Positions 43,990 through 59,100 of a stretch of 64,000 nt of DNA are shown here, piece by piece (position 1 is the first letter of the stretch; each line of letters opens with the position of its first letter). The position numbers and the translations under genes were made by a program. Under the pieces are notes generated by a model. That model was not told the origin of the DNA. It saw only the letters and a program-made list of their open reading frames with translations, and made no database searches. This DNA is from Vicugna vicugna (lineage: Eukaryota). Location: assembly GCA_013265495.1 (NCBI GenBank), contig MU058045.1, positions 381,241 to 445,240 of the forward strand, in the 5' to 3' direction.

Positions 43990-44125
43990 AAGGGGCCACT
44001 CTGCTACCTAGCCCCAGCTAGGGATCAACCCTTGAAGAGGGGCTGAGGAGCAGCAGGAGGGGGGAGGGAGGAAGGGAGCCAAGGGATGGACATCTTGTCA
44101 TTTTTTTTCTTTTTTTTTTTCTTTG

Positions 44126-44490
44126 AATAAATGTCACTTTTTGAGGCAAAAGAAGGAACCGTGAACATTTTAGACACCCTTTTCTTTGGGGTAGGCTCTT
44201 GCCCCAGGCGCCGTCTCTTCCCAGAAACACTAATTCATTTCCCTAACCTAGTCAACCTCCAAGCCCCAGAGGCTCTCTCCACCTCCAGCTGAATTCCTTT
44301 GAAAATGTTCTAGAGGGACTACAATGACACTCCACCTCATTTGCTGGACCAAATCTGGAGGGAGAACCCCTGAATTAGGTAACCCAGGGGATTACCCCCA
44401 GGTGGGGGGAGCAGGGGGGAGAAAATGGTAGCCATTTTTACATTGTTTTGTATAGTATTTATTGATTCAGGAAATAAAATTCTGAATAAA
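44126..44490 (+). terminator. EIF4A1 proximal and distal polyadenylation signals
   Basis: AATAAA at 44126-44131, 44473-44478 and 44485-44490. Confidence 0.7.
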
Positions 44491-45095
44491 ATGACTTGGA
44501 AACTGCCTGCTTTGGCTTCTCATTTCTTCCCTCTTCCCTCCCACCTGCTACTGGGTATAGCTCTGCTTTTAGCTAGAATTTACCCTTTCTTGGGCTTTTC
44601 TTCCTTGAGGGGAAAATGGTCATGTTAACTGGATAATGTGACCTTTCTGTAAGAGGTTGGGCAAGAACTGTCATAAGTACCTCACATGTCTCAGCAAAGA
44701 GGAAGTGGACAGGAAAGGGGGTGGAAATAAAAAGAATTGTACATCCTACTGAGCTTGTTCTCTGAGGGAGGGGCTGCAGAGCCAGCAACCACTTGTCACA
44801 ACTACTGAGCATGATTTGCTGAGGTAGACAAGAATCCCCAGGGGTCAACTATCCCGGAACTCATGACACTGAGAGCTGACAGTCCCACTTGATACCAGGG
44901 CCAATCATCTAATTTAATGACTAAGCTTGGTGGTTGGGGCTGAGGTGCCTGAATCAGGCTGGGTGCGGGGTAATCTTGGTTACAGGAAGTCAAAGATTCC
45001 TCTTTCCAAACGAAGGCAGAGGGACAGGGTTCCCTGACCGAGCAGGCAGCTGGTACTGACACACAACCTAGCTGGGCTCTGGAGGCTGTTCTGAC

Positions 45096-46883
45096 ATGAG
45101 GCTGGCTGTGCTTTTCTCTGGGGTCTTGCTGGGGCTACTAGCAGGTAAGGAGAAGGGACAGAAGGGGAGGGAGCCCTGGGGAAGAGCCTGGCCCTGGGCT
45201 ACTAACCAGTCTTTCCTCTGCTGAAAGCCCAGGGGACAGGGAATGACTGTCCTCATAAAAAATCGGCCACTCTGCTGCCATCCTTCACGGTGACACCTAC
45301 AGCTACAGAAAGCACAGCAAGCACTGGAACAACCAGCCACAAGACAACCAGCCACAGAACCACCACTCACAGAACGACAACCATAGATACCACCAGCCAC
45401 AAGTCTACAACAGCCACTCAAAATCCTGCTACCACCACCAGTCACGGAAACACCACAGTTCATCCAACAAGCAACGCCACGGCCACCAGCCCAGGGTCTT
45501 CCACCAGTTCCCCCCACCCAGGACCACCTCCACCCTCTCCAAGTCCTAGCCCAGGATCCAAGGAGGCGATAGGAAACTACACTTGGAATAATGGTTCCCA
45601 GCCCTGCGTCCAGCTCCAAGCCCAGATTCAGATTCGAGTTCTATACCCGACCCAGGGTGGCGGAGAGGTAAAGCTGAAAGACAGTGGAGGACATAAGGGG
45701 AAGGGGACGAGACATTTTGCTGTTTCAAAAGGGAAGAAGAGTAGAGAAGGGGACAAACAGGGTGAGGACAAAGGGAACTGGGAACCCTGGATGATGGCAC
45801 AGTTGTGGTCTTGTGACCCTTTCATCTTTTAACTTCTGCAGGCCTGGGGCATCTCCGTACTGAACCCCAACAAAACCAAGGCCCAGGGGGGCTGTGAGGG
45901 GGCCCATTCCCATTTGTTCCTCTCATTTCCCTACGGACAGCTCAGCTTTGGATTCAAGCAGGTACTTAACCCTCATCCCTCACTCTCACCCTCCAAGTGC
46001 CCTATCTCTATCAATCCCTTGCTGCATTCCTTACTCTGAGAACCTGGATGCCACCCTCCCCTGCTGCCCTGAGTCTTCCTGGTCACCTCCCCAGGAGCCA
46101 CTGCAGAGCATCGTCTACCTGAACTATATGGCTGTGGAGTACAATGTGTCCTTCCCCCAGGCAGCACGTAAGTAACCTCCCCTTTCTCATCACTAGCACT
46201 AACTCGATGTCTGGGCTCCTGAAGGAACCTAAGCTGCAGGGCGGGGTCATGGATATAGAACTGACCTTCCTCATTCTTTTATTAGAGTGGACATTCTCAG
46301 TTCAGAATTCATCCCTTCAATATCTCCAAACTCCCCTGGGCCGGAGCTTCAGTTGCAGAAATGCAAGCATCATTCTTTCACCAGCTTTCCACCTTGACCT
46401 GCTCTCCTTGAAGCTACAAGCTGCTGAGCTGCCCCCCACAGGGGCCTTTGGGCCAAGTAAGACCTGTTCCATTCCTCCTAGAATTCTCCCACTGCATCGA
46501 AAGCCACCTACCCCAGGCCTATAATCTCCCTTCTTGCACCCTCAAATTTCCTCCACCTCAAGCTTAGGCACACAGTGAGGGCAACTGTCCTCCCCACCTC
46601 TGCAGGACTGCCCATTCTCCCCCTTTCCTCTCCTGCTGAGTCATCTAGGTGAGCCCCTACTTCCCAATGCCCCCCACGTTCCTTCCTCCTTCCCATCTTT
46701 ATCTCAGCTACCACCATTGTGATGCCTACTTGCCCTGTCTTTCCACCAGGTTTCTTTTGTCCCAGTGACCAATCCATCTTGCTGCCTCTCCTCATCGGCC
46801 TGATCTTACTCGGCCTCTTCATCCTGGTGCTTGTTACATTCTGCATTGTCCGGAGACGCCCACCCACCTATCAGCCCCTCTGA
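45096..46883 (+). CDS. CD68: CD68 / macrosialin (LAMP family), 328 aa, 6 exons
   Basis: Exons 45096-45144, 45228-45667, 45842-45961, 46095-46167, 46286-46456, 46750-46883 (987 nt). Signal peptide MRLAVLFSG, Thr-rich mucin domain, Pro hinge, LAMP domain, TM segment and YQPL* sorting motif. Confidence 0.96.
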
Positions 46884-47999
46884 GCATTCATCCCAACACC
46901 CAGGACACCAGGGGGTGCCCTCATGTCTCACCACTCAACTGACTCCGAGGCAAGATTTTCATCTTTCCCTGTCTTTTGATGAACAAAAGTAGAGATAATG
47001 CAATCGGGAAGGATAAGCGGAGAGATGTTTATTAAACGTGACTGATTCCCCTTTCCACATCTCCCTTCCATTGGCAGAATAGTAAAACCTGCTCAAGTCT
47101 TTATTTTTGGTCTTCTTTGTCCTTCCTGCCCAAGATTAAAAGCCACGAGTTACCTGTCACATGCCTTTCTGTGCCTTCCATGGCTGAGTCTCAGGGAGCC
47201 AGAAACTCTGGTGAGGAGGGAGGAAAATACCACTGTGTGTGACCCAACGCCCTCATGGGTCCACTCTCCAAAGCCTGGCACAGCAGCTGTCAAATCGGCC
47301 TCACCTCCCTTCCTTCTCTTCTGTTGGGGCCCCTGGCTGCTCCAGCTCCCTCTCACCTCCAATCCAGTGGAGTCACTCATCCTGACAGCCTTCTTCCTGA
47401 TCTTTATATACAATTACATGCAGGTGAAGCAGGCAGCCATAGCAATGAGTGTAGGTGGGAAGGTCGGAGCTGTGTCACTTCCTTTCCAAAGGCAGCAGCA
47501 GTGGCTCCTTAGCAACAAGAATTCCCTGCCCTACCCACCAGGTCCAGGGCTAGCAAACAGCCCGGATTAAACCCTTGCAACACCTGGGATGCTCCTATCT
47601 CACCTGCAAAGGGTTTTCATCAAACATGGGAGCAGTGGGTACTCTGACCTCCACGTACAATTACCCTCTATGCTCCTGGGAACAACATGCCTCCAGCCTA
47701 GGCCACCTGCCGAGCCAACCCTGATGTCCCGGTTGGTGGTGTACCTAGTGGTGGCGGGTGGCACGCCCTGGGCAGCCTGTGTTGATTCCAAAAAGGACCT
47801 CCCAAACAACAACAGCCTGCACGACCAATCCCTGCACGACCAATCAGTGCCAGTGCCCCCCACCCTTACAGTCGGCCATGACGCAATCCCCAGGGGCCCT
47901 TCCAGTTGCTGGAGCCTAGTAAGGCTACAGAAAGCGGCCACCAGGATCTGGAGACCCACCCCTTTAAGGGGAGCCCGCAAGTGGCAGGGATCCAGCAGC

Positions 48000-51818
<3,819 letters not shown>

Positions 51819-52617
51819 AGTTCAGCTGGCTACTGAAAGTACATTCCATGTTTCATTCACCCACCCAACCTCAGGGCCCTTCTCATCTTAACCAGCCTGC
51901 TGGTGTGACCATTCCCCATCCTTCTGCAGTTGCAACTTTAGTAGAAATGCTTGGTTGTCCCAAATCCTTAGGATAGGAGTAGAGATTTTCAGGCTGACAT
52001 TTTGACATCTATTGTGTGCTGTCCGGTGTATTACTATTGACTTGTTTAGTCATTTGGCTGAGATTCTTCCTTTAGTAGAAGTTTATAGCTACTTAACTAT
52101 TCCAGGCAAAAGTCTTACCCTGTCCTCCCATCTCCCCACTTCCCTTCTAGCCCTAGAGGACAGAGCCTGGACAGTGGAAGGGACTAGGCATTTGTGGCTG
52201 CCTCCCTTCCCCAGCCCAACCCAGACTGTCTCCTGGACCCCGGTGTAGGGTTCGGGGGCAGGGGGAGGGGGACAGAAAAATGACTCAGGCAGGGCCCCAG
52301 GGTTGGGTGAGGAGGTTCCTGCTCTGGCAGGTCCAGGCAGAAGGGAGTGGAAACCATGCTGGTTCCTGCTGCAGTGAAGAGGAACAGATGGGACAATAAA
52401 GACTCAGAGACATGGTTTAATCATATAAAACTGTGTTTGGCCTACAAAAATATAAGTGTTGTGTTCCCCTGGAGTTTGGGGGTATGAGGGGGTACTGCCC
52501 ACCTCCTCTGGACTGTGGTCAACAGTTCTAAAAAAGGGTTTGCAGCCTGGGGTGGAGGGTGGTTCTGGGTGGAAAAGGAGGATGGAAACCTTTCTGGGAG
52601 GCCCATGTCCATGAGGG

Positions 52618-53979
52618 TTAGAGGTGGGTTAGGGGCGTGGGGGCCCCTGTGAGGGGAGGGTTGTACAGAGTGGGAGAGCCTGGGGGTAGGTAGGGGTTGT
52701 AGGCGGGGAGCAGCTCCCCCTGGAGCCTAGGGTTACTCTGAGGGAGAGAGCACGGTGAGGGAGCCTCCGGTTTACAGTGGGAAGAGCTGCAAAGAGAAAT
52801 AACTAGGGTTAGAAGGTGCTTGCTTCTTTGGGTGGGAGGTGCCAAGCAGGGTCCCCAACTCTCATGTTGGGGTGGGTCTGACCAGTTCTGTGCAGACAGA
52901 GGCAGAACCTGTTACCCATTTACATATCCCTGGCTATCCGGGCCCTACTGGGTACCGCAGGTCGGGAACCGGATCTCAGGATGGCTTAAAGCAGCCCTGC
53001 CACGGCCGTGTTCGGGCACGCTCAAGAGCGAGCTTGCGTGCTGCGCGCCTGTTTTCCTCTTATGGGGCGGCAGGCCAGGAAGGGGCAGAGTTGGGCTTGG
53101 CCTGTCCTTGCCCCGGGGGCTGGGAGAGGAAGCGGGGTCACAAGAGGGCCAGAAAGGGGGGTGGGGGGTGGATTCAGGTAACTAGAACACGTCACATCCA
53201 GGGGGCTGTGGTCTGCTCCTGCGGGGCCAACACTGCCCAACTGAGATGAAAACCTCCTGGCCCCCTGGAACCCTCCCACTCTCCACAGGTCGTCCCCCAA
53301 ACGCCTCCGGGATCATCTGTTGCTTGGGTAGGCTCAGGGCCCCTGCTAGCCAGGCCCTCTGGTATTCCCTCCCCCCGCCCCCGGCTCCAGGAGTTGGGGG
53401 GCGCGGCGCACAAGCGTCTCCGTCCTCATCCCACGCCCTGGGCACTTACCTGTAACCGCCAGGCAGGTAAGCTGTCGAGTAGTTGGGGGGTTGGTACCCA
53501 AAGCCTCTGCTCCCCTGCGTGGTCGCGTACCCGGTCGCCCAGACGGGCCCGCCACCAGCCACGCTGCCGCTTCCCTGATCGAAGTAGGGGGACCTGGCGC
53601 ACGAGCTCTTGGTCTTGCGCCGGGGCCGGTACTTGTAGTCGGGGTAGTCGCGCAGATGCCGGGCCCGGAGCCGTTTAGCTTCTTCCACGAAGGGCCGCTT
53701 CTCTTCCTCGCCCAGCAGCTTCCACTGCGCGCCCAGGCGCTTGGAGATCTCCGAGTTGTGCATCTTCGGGTTCTGCTGCGCCATCTGGCGGCGCTGGGCA
53801 GAGCTCCACACCATGAACGCGTTCATGGGTCGCTTCACCTTCTCCAAGGGAAGCCCCCGGGATACTAACGGGCTCCCGGCGCTCTCCTGCTCCTGGGAGC
53901 CCGAGGACAAGGAGGTAAGGGCCGTGGGAGCGGGAGGTTCCAGGCTCCAGGCCTGGTCCTGTGAGCCAGGTAGCGCCAT
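52618..53979 (-). CDS. SOX15: SRY-box transcription factor 15, 232 aa, 2 exons
   Basis: Exon 1 53979-53450 and exon 2 52786-52618 (699 nt). HMG box [46 protein letters not shown]-terminus PLTHL*. Confidence 0.96.
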
Positions 53980-55593
53980 GAGGAGGGTGGAGGGAAGCTT
54001 TAAGAGGGCGTCCTACACGCCCTCCCCTCCAAAGTGAAACGTCGATTCCCAAACCCACTATCCTTAAAATGGAAGTGTCTTCCTAGTCCGGAGTCGTTAC
54101 AGAGAAACTCGTCTTCTTAGAAAGTATATATATCGTCCCCAAGTTCAGAGTCCTTATAACCGAGCCCCTGCGCCCAAACAACCCGACACCCTTTTGGGAA
54201 GTCGAGCGCAAAATCCGCTGTCTAGTACCCGGTCCTGGGCAGGTGTGCTCTCCTTTCCTTGTTGCCACCGGATCTCCAACCCAGACCGGCTGCCCCTACC
54301 TGCTGCCGGCCACCGGCCCGGCCTTCGGTGGAGGCAGTAAACCTTCACGCTGCCTGGAGTCCCGCAGCCGCCGGAGTCCCGCAGCCACCAGTAGGCAAAG
54401 CCCAGGTGCCACAGCGCTTTCTCACCTGGCCTCGGCGTCTGCGGCGGCGGGTGAGCCAGGCCCGGGAACAGCTTTTAAAGACTGACTCCTCCCACTCCCT
54501 CCCAGTCAACCGCGCCTCCTTAAGGGCGCCAACATCCCCCTCCCTTAGGCAAACTCAGACGTCCTGTTCCTCCCAGCCCCCAACGCTCCTCCTAGGGGCA
54601 CCACGCCCCCTCCCCACCCAAGACCCAGAAGTCAGGCCTTCTAGCCCCAGTAGCTCTGAGCAGTTTCCCCTCCCTTCTTAAGCGTAGGCAATTTAAAGTC
54701 AATGACTCTGCACAACGGGATCAAGCACAAGGGGATCAAAAGCCCTCAGGGTCTGAGTTGTGCTGGGAGGAAGGTGGGAACACCCAAACCCCCAACCCAA
54801 TCCATTCTTTGCTGCCTAAAGCTCTTCAAACCCCCCACCTACCCCAGGGCAAAAAGTCAGGCAGTCAGAGGGAGGTAGGCAGGCCATTTTTGTTTCCTGA
54901 GTCATCCCAACAGGTGCTTGGGTGGTGATTCAACCCCTTTCCAAGTGAGAAAATTTAAACCCTCCTAACTACAGCCCCTAAACCTAGGTTTCTCCACCAC
55001 AAAAAAATTTTATCTCCAAACCTTACAGTCAGGAGGAGGCAGGGAGCAAGGAACCCCAGGATAACTCCTGAGGCTGAGAGGTCAGTGATGCAGCTGCTGG
55101 AGAAAAGGCCTGGATCCAGAGCAGAGAACCAGCAGGAATGAGGGCTGGACACCTACATCCCAGGGGCTGTCGTGAGGAAACCCTGCTCCCCACTCTGCCT
55201 AAGGCCCAGCCCAAGCCCCAGGCCTCAGGTAATCGGATTAAGCTGCCTGCCTTGGCTCTCAGCACTTAGCAGGAACAGGTCCAGCTTCAAGCAGTCCTAC
55301 CAACACTGCTGTGACTCAGGGTATAGGAGTGGCCCAGCTCCCTCTACCAGCAAACTTGGGGGAGGGGAGAAGCAACAAGGCACAAGCCACTCTCCTCTAG
55401 ACCAGGCAGGTACCTGTACCTGGGGCATTTAGGAATGTCAGAAATCCCCACAAGTAGACCATCTCAGGAATGCTAGAGAAGCCAGGTATGGAGATACAGG
55501 TAAAAAGGGCCAGGGCAGGTCAGTCCTACAGAAACAGATGGGCCACACTGGGCACAAAGAAGGTGCAGGAACCAGAAAGCCATTTGGATTTTT

Positions 55594-55599
55594 TTTATT
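55594..55599 (-). terminator. FXR2 polyadenylation signal
   Basis: AATAAA on the minus strand (tttatt on +), about 590 nt downstream of the stop codon. Confidence 0.65.
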
Positions 55600-56184
55600 C
55601 TCTTTTTAAATACTGTACAGTGAAAAATAAATACGCCTTCTCATCCACCAGACAAGGTTGGTCCCCCCTCCCCTGGGGGACCTTGTCACCCCCCTTCATA
55701 CACACCCCTGGTTCTACTCCAAAACCTTCCCCATGCCTCCCACCCACTTATACCCTTACTATCCCCGTCTTCCACAGTGATGAGGCCCCAGAAATGGGGG
55801 GTACAGGACGGGAGGAGGGATAGCAGGGGAGCCCCCCTGAACTGTCAAATCTGGGTGGGTCAAGGAGCACCCCGCACCAACAGGCGGAGAATGGGGGTGT
55901 TCAGAGAGAGATTGGGGCATTAGAGGATAAAGGCACATCCAGTCTGATGGGGAAGGAGAGAGGGCTCCCCTCACCCTGGGGGTAGGGTGGACAAGAGGGA
56001 GGGGGGTATGACCCTGTTACACACCCCTCCACTAGCTCCTGGAGGTTGGGGGGGACCCAAGCTGCTGTGCCACCCCCCTCCCCCCTAGATAAGAGCAGCT
56101 CCAGCGCAGGTCAGTCGGGCCTGTGAGGGCCATGGTGTTGGGCAGCAAGCGAGATGGAGAAGGGAGGGATGTGGGCTGGAGGGT

Positions 56185-59100
56185 TTATGAAACCCCATTC
56201 ACCAAACTACCCAACTCCAGAGGGGCAGAGAGCTCCCCATTCTCTGAGGGGCCCTTAGGAAGCTTGCTGACAGAGTCACCCTGAGAGGGAAGTGGGAAAG
56301 AAAATGGAGAGGAAGAAAAGAAAATGATCAGTAGAAATTCAGGTAATGACATTCCCTACCACCTAGGTGCTCTAAGGCATCTGGTCATCCAGGGGTTGGT
56401 CCCCTGATGTGACTCTCTAGTCACTTTTACTGGAATCCAGAAAATATGAACCAAACTTTCCTTTCTCTTCTATTCAGACTTTCCACTATTCTTAAATGCA
56501 GTCTAAAACTCCATCAGACATGCCCTCTCTGCAATTTCATAAGAGATTTCTTTGGGAATTTTCTTATGTCCCCTGCCCCAGAATAACAAAAAAGGCGTTG
56601 AGGTAAACTACATGTTGCTTTCCTACCTTCTGTCCTGAAAGAGAGTCCTCTGAAGGTTTAGTGCGTTCTAGGGGTGGCCGCTGGCGGCTCTGAGACTCTG
56701 CTCGGGAGATATAGTCAGCCACAGTCACTGGAAAAGGCAGAGGACCAAGAGTTTCAGAAGGAACCCAGGTATCCAGCCCCTAGACACTCACTGAACCCCA
56801 ACCCCTAGTTTTCACAGGATAGGAAGCATCCTGTTCTCTGAGGAACGATGCTGACATCCAGTGTTAGCTGACCTGGTTGACGGTCTCCACTGATAGAACC
56901 ATCAGTCCGGTTACCACGGTTACGGCGGCGGCGGCTCCGATTACGACGCTGGGGTCTTGACTCATCTTCTGTGGGGCAGGGAAAAACAAGAGCTGTGCAT
57001 CAATCTCCCATCCCTCAATTCTTGCCCAACTCTTAATTTTTCAGACCCAGGTACACCCTTTACCCAGGCCATTCTCTGTCATGCTGGGCCCATCAGATTC
57101 CAGGCCTCCGTCCATGACAGTTCTGTCTTCATCAGTGCGGCGGCGGCGGGAGCGACGACGCCTGGCACTTGCTGGGGGGGGTTCTCCAGGCTCTGAATCA
57201 ACTGGGGGCTCTGGTTCAGACGTGTCCAGTAGGCTGTAGGGATTACTGTCTGGATCCTTCAGCACTGGTCAGAGGAAGAAGAGGAGGTGGGAGTCAGGTG
57301 TCCATCATCTTTCCTTTCACCCCACATTTATGAACCCAGCTGTCTGCTTCTGGTACCTGAGCTAATAGATGAAGAGTTGTATCTTGAGGTGGGCCGGGGG
57401 GCAGGTGGGGGTCCCCTACCCCGGCCCCCAATCGGCCGCCTACGGCTTTCTTCCCCCCGAGTCGGGGGATCCCGGTCGCCAGGCCCAGCTCGGTTGGGCT
57501 CCTCCCTCTTCTCTGACTCGGTCTCAGAAGCTGTGGATGGGTCTGAGCTGGGGCCTGAAGAACACAGTGAGGGTCAATCAGAGCCCCTGAACTGGAAGAC
57601 TCTCCCCTTCACTCCTAAGTCCCCCTGCCAATCACTTCTTCATCAACTACATCACCCTTTCCAGTCTTCCACCGAGACCTCTGCCTCCCACACACCACAC
57701 CACTGCTCGCCTCCCCTTTCCACAGCTCTCACCATAGGCAGGACCACCTGTCCTCCGGCCCCGGCCGCGGCCCCCATAGCTGCCCCCATAGGTTCGTGTG
57801 GTGTGGAGGGAGGAGGAGGAGCTCTCATCAGTGGTATATCCAGCCTTGTCACTGCCACCGCTGCCCCGCCCACTCCCAGGAGGACGGAAGCCCAGCCCAA
57901 TCTGCCGAAGCTGTTCATCAATTTGCAGCCTCTCCAAGCGAAGCTGCTCCACCTCCTGGTGGGGCAGAAGATGGAGAAAGATATGGAAGGAGGAATAAAT
58001 AAGATCAATGAACAGTCTCTTTTCATGCGTCTCTGCCCTGACTGTCCCTACATATCTGAACTCTCAAGAATACAAGACTTAAAACAGAAAATTCTGAGAT
58101 CCAACCCCACAGCCCCAGATTTCCACCCAATGGTGTCTATTCTACTCAGAGACACAAACTGGGAACCACCACTTTTAACTCTATCCAACAGCATTCTTAG
58201 TCCCCTTGTACACGCGGATCTTTCCTATTTCAGGCTTTCAGCATGGGTACCTGCAGGTAGGACAGGTGATATTCCAGCAGAGCCTGAGCATTGCTGATAT
58301 TCTCTCGGGTGCCAACAAATATGAAAGGAACCATTCCCTGGAAAGCAGAGGGAAGGACAGATGGATTAGAAGAAGTCAAAGGAAGTATTAGGCCCACCCT
58401 TTCTCCTAGAGAAGCCCACCCAAATGGGATCTTTCTGGTTTCTACATCTACCAGGGGAAACCAAAGTTCCCATGCCCCAACCCCTAGGAATCCCAGCCCT
58501 CAGAAAATGGCTTGGAGAATAAGCCCATCTACTTCTGGAAACCAATCTCTAGGTGTTTATGTCTCATACCTCCTCCCTGGGGTTCTTCTTATCATTGTCA
58601 CCTTCTACTCGAACCCTCACCACACCAGATTTATCCACAATCTCCTGGATCACTTTCCCATTCTTTCCAATCACTTTGCCTGAATGGGTAAAGGAGGAAT
58701 TAGGCCTTTTAGAAGAAAGAGAGAAGAGTAAAAACAGACAAGATAAACAGTCTTCCAGCTTCTATATAAGGATTCTGTTAAATGAGTCTCCTTCCTCCAG
58801 GCTTCTGATGTGTTCTCACAGGACAAAATATTACAGTCCCTAGAAATTTGTTCTCCCATTTTTGTCACTCCTACTTCAGACTCTGTCCTTATGAAACTGG
58901 AAGTTTGCAGGGAGGTGTCAAGCCCAAAATCACTTTAGAGAATCTCACATCTGCCCCCCAGCTGTATTCTCCTATATACATACACATCCTCAACTCACCA
59001 ACCAGGTTCCTGGGCACTTGCACAGAGTCCTCAGAAAACTCAAGGTAGCTCCGGGCCTGTCGGCATGCCTCGGGAGTCTAAGAGAAGAGAAGTTGGGAGT

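Noticed and set aside
57287..58297. 336-aa plus-strand ORF
   Set aside because: Antisense shadow of FXR2 exons 11-13 and their short introns; GTG start and no domain.
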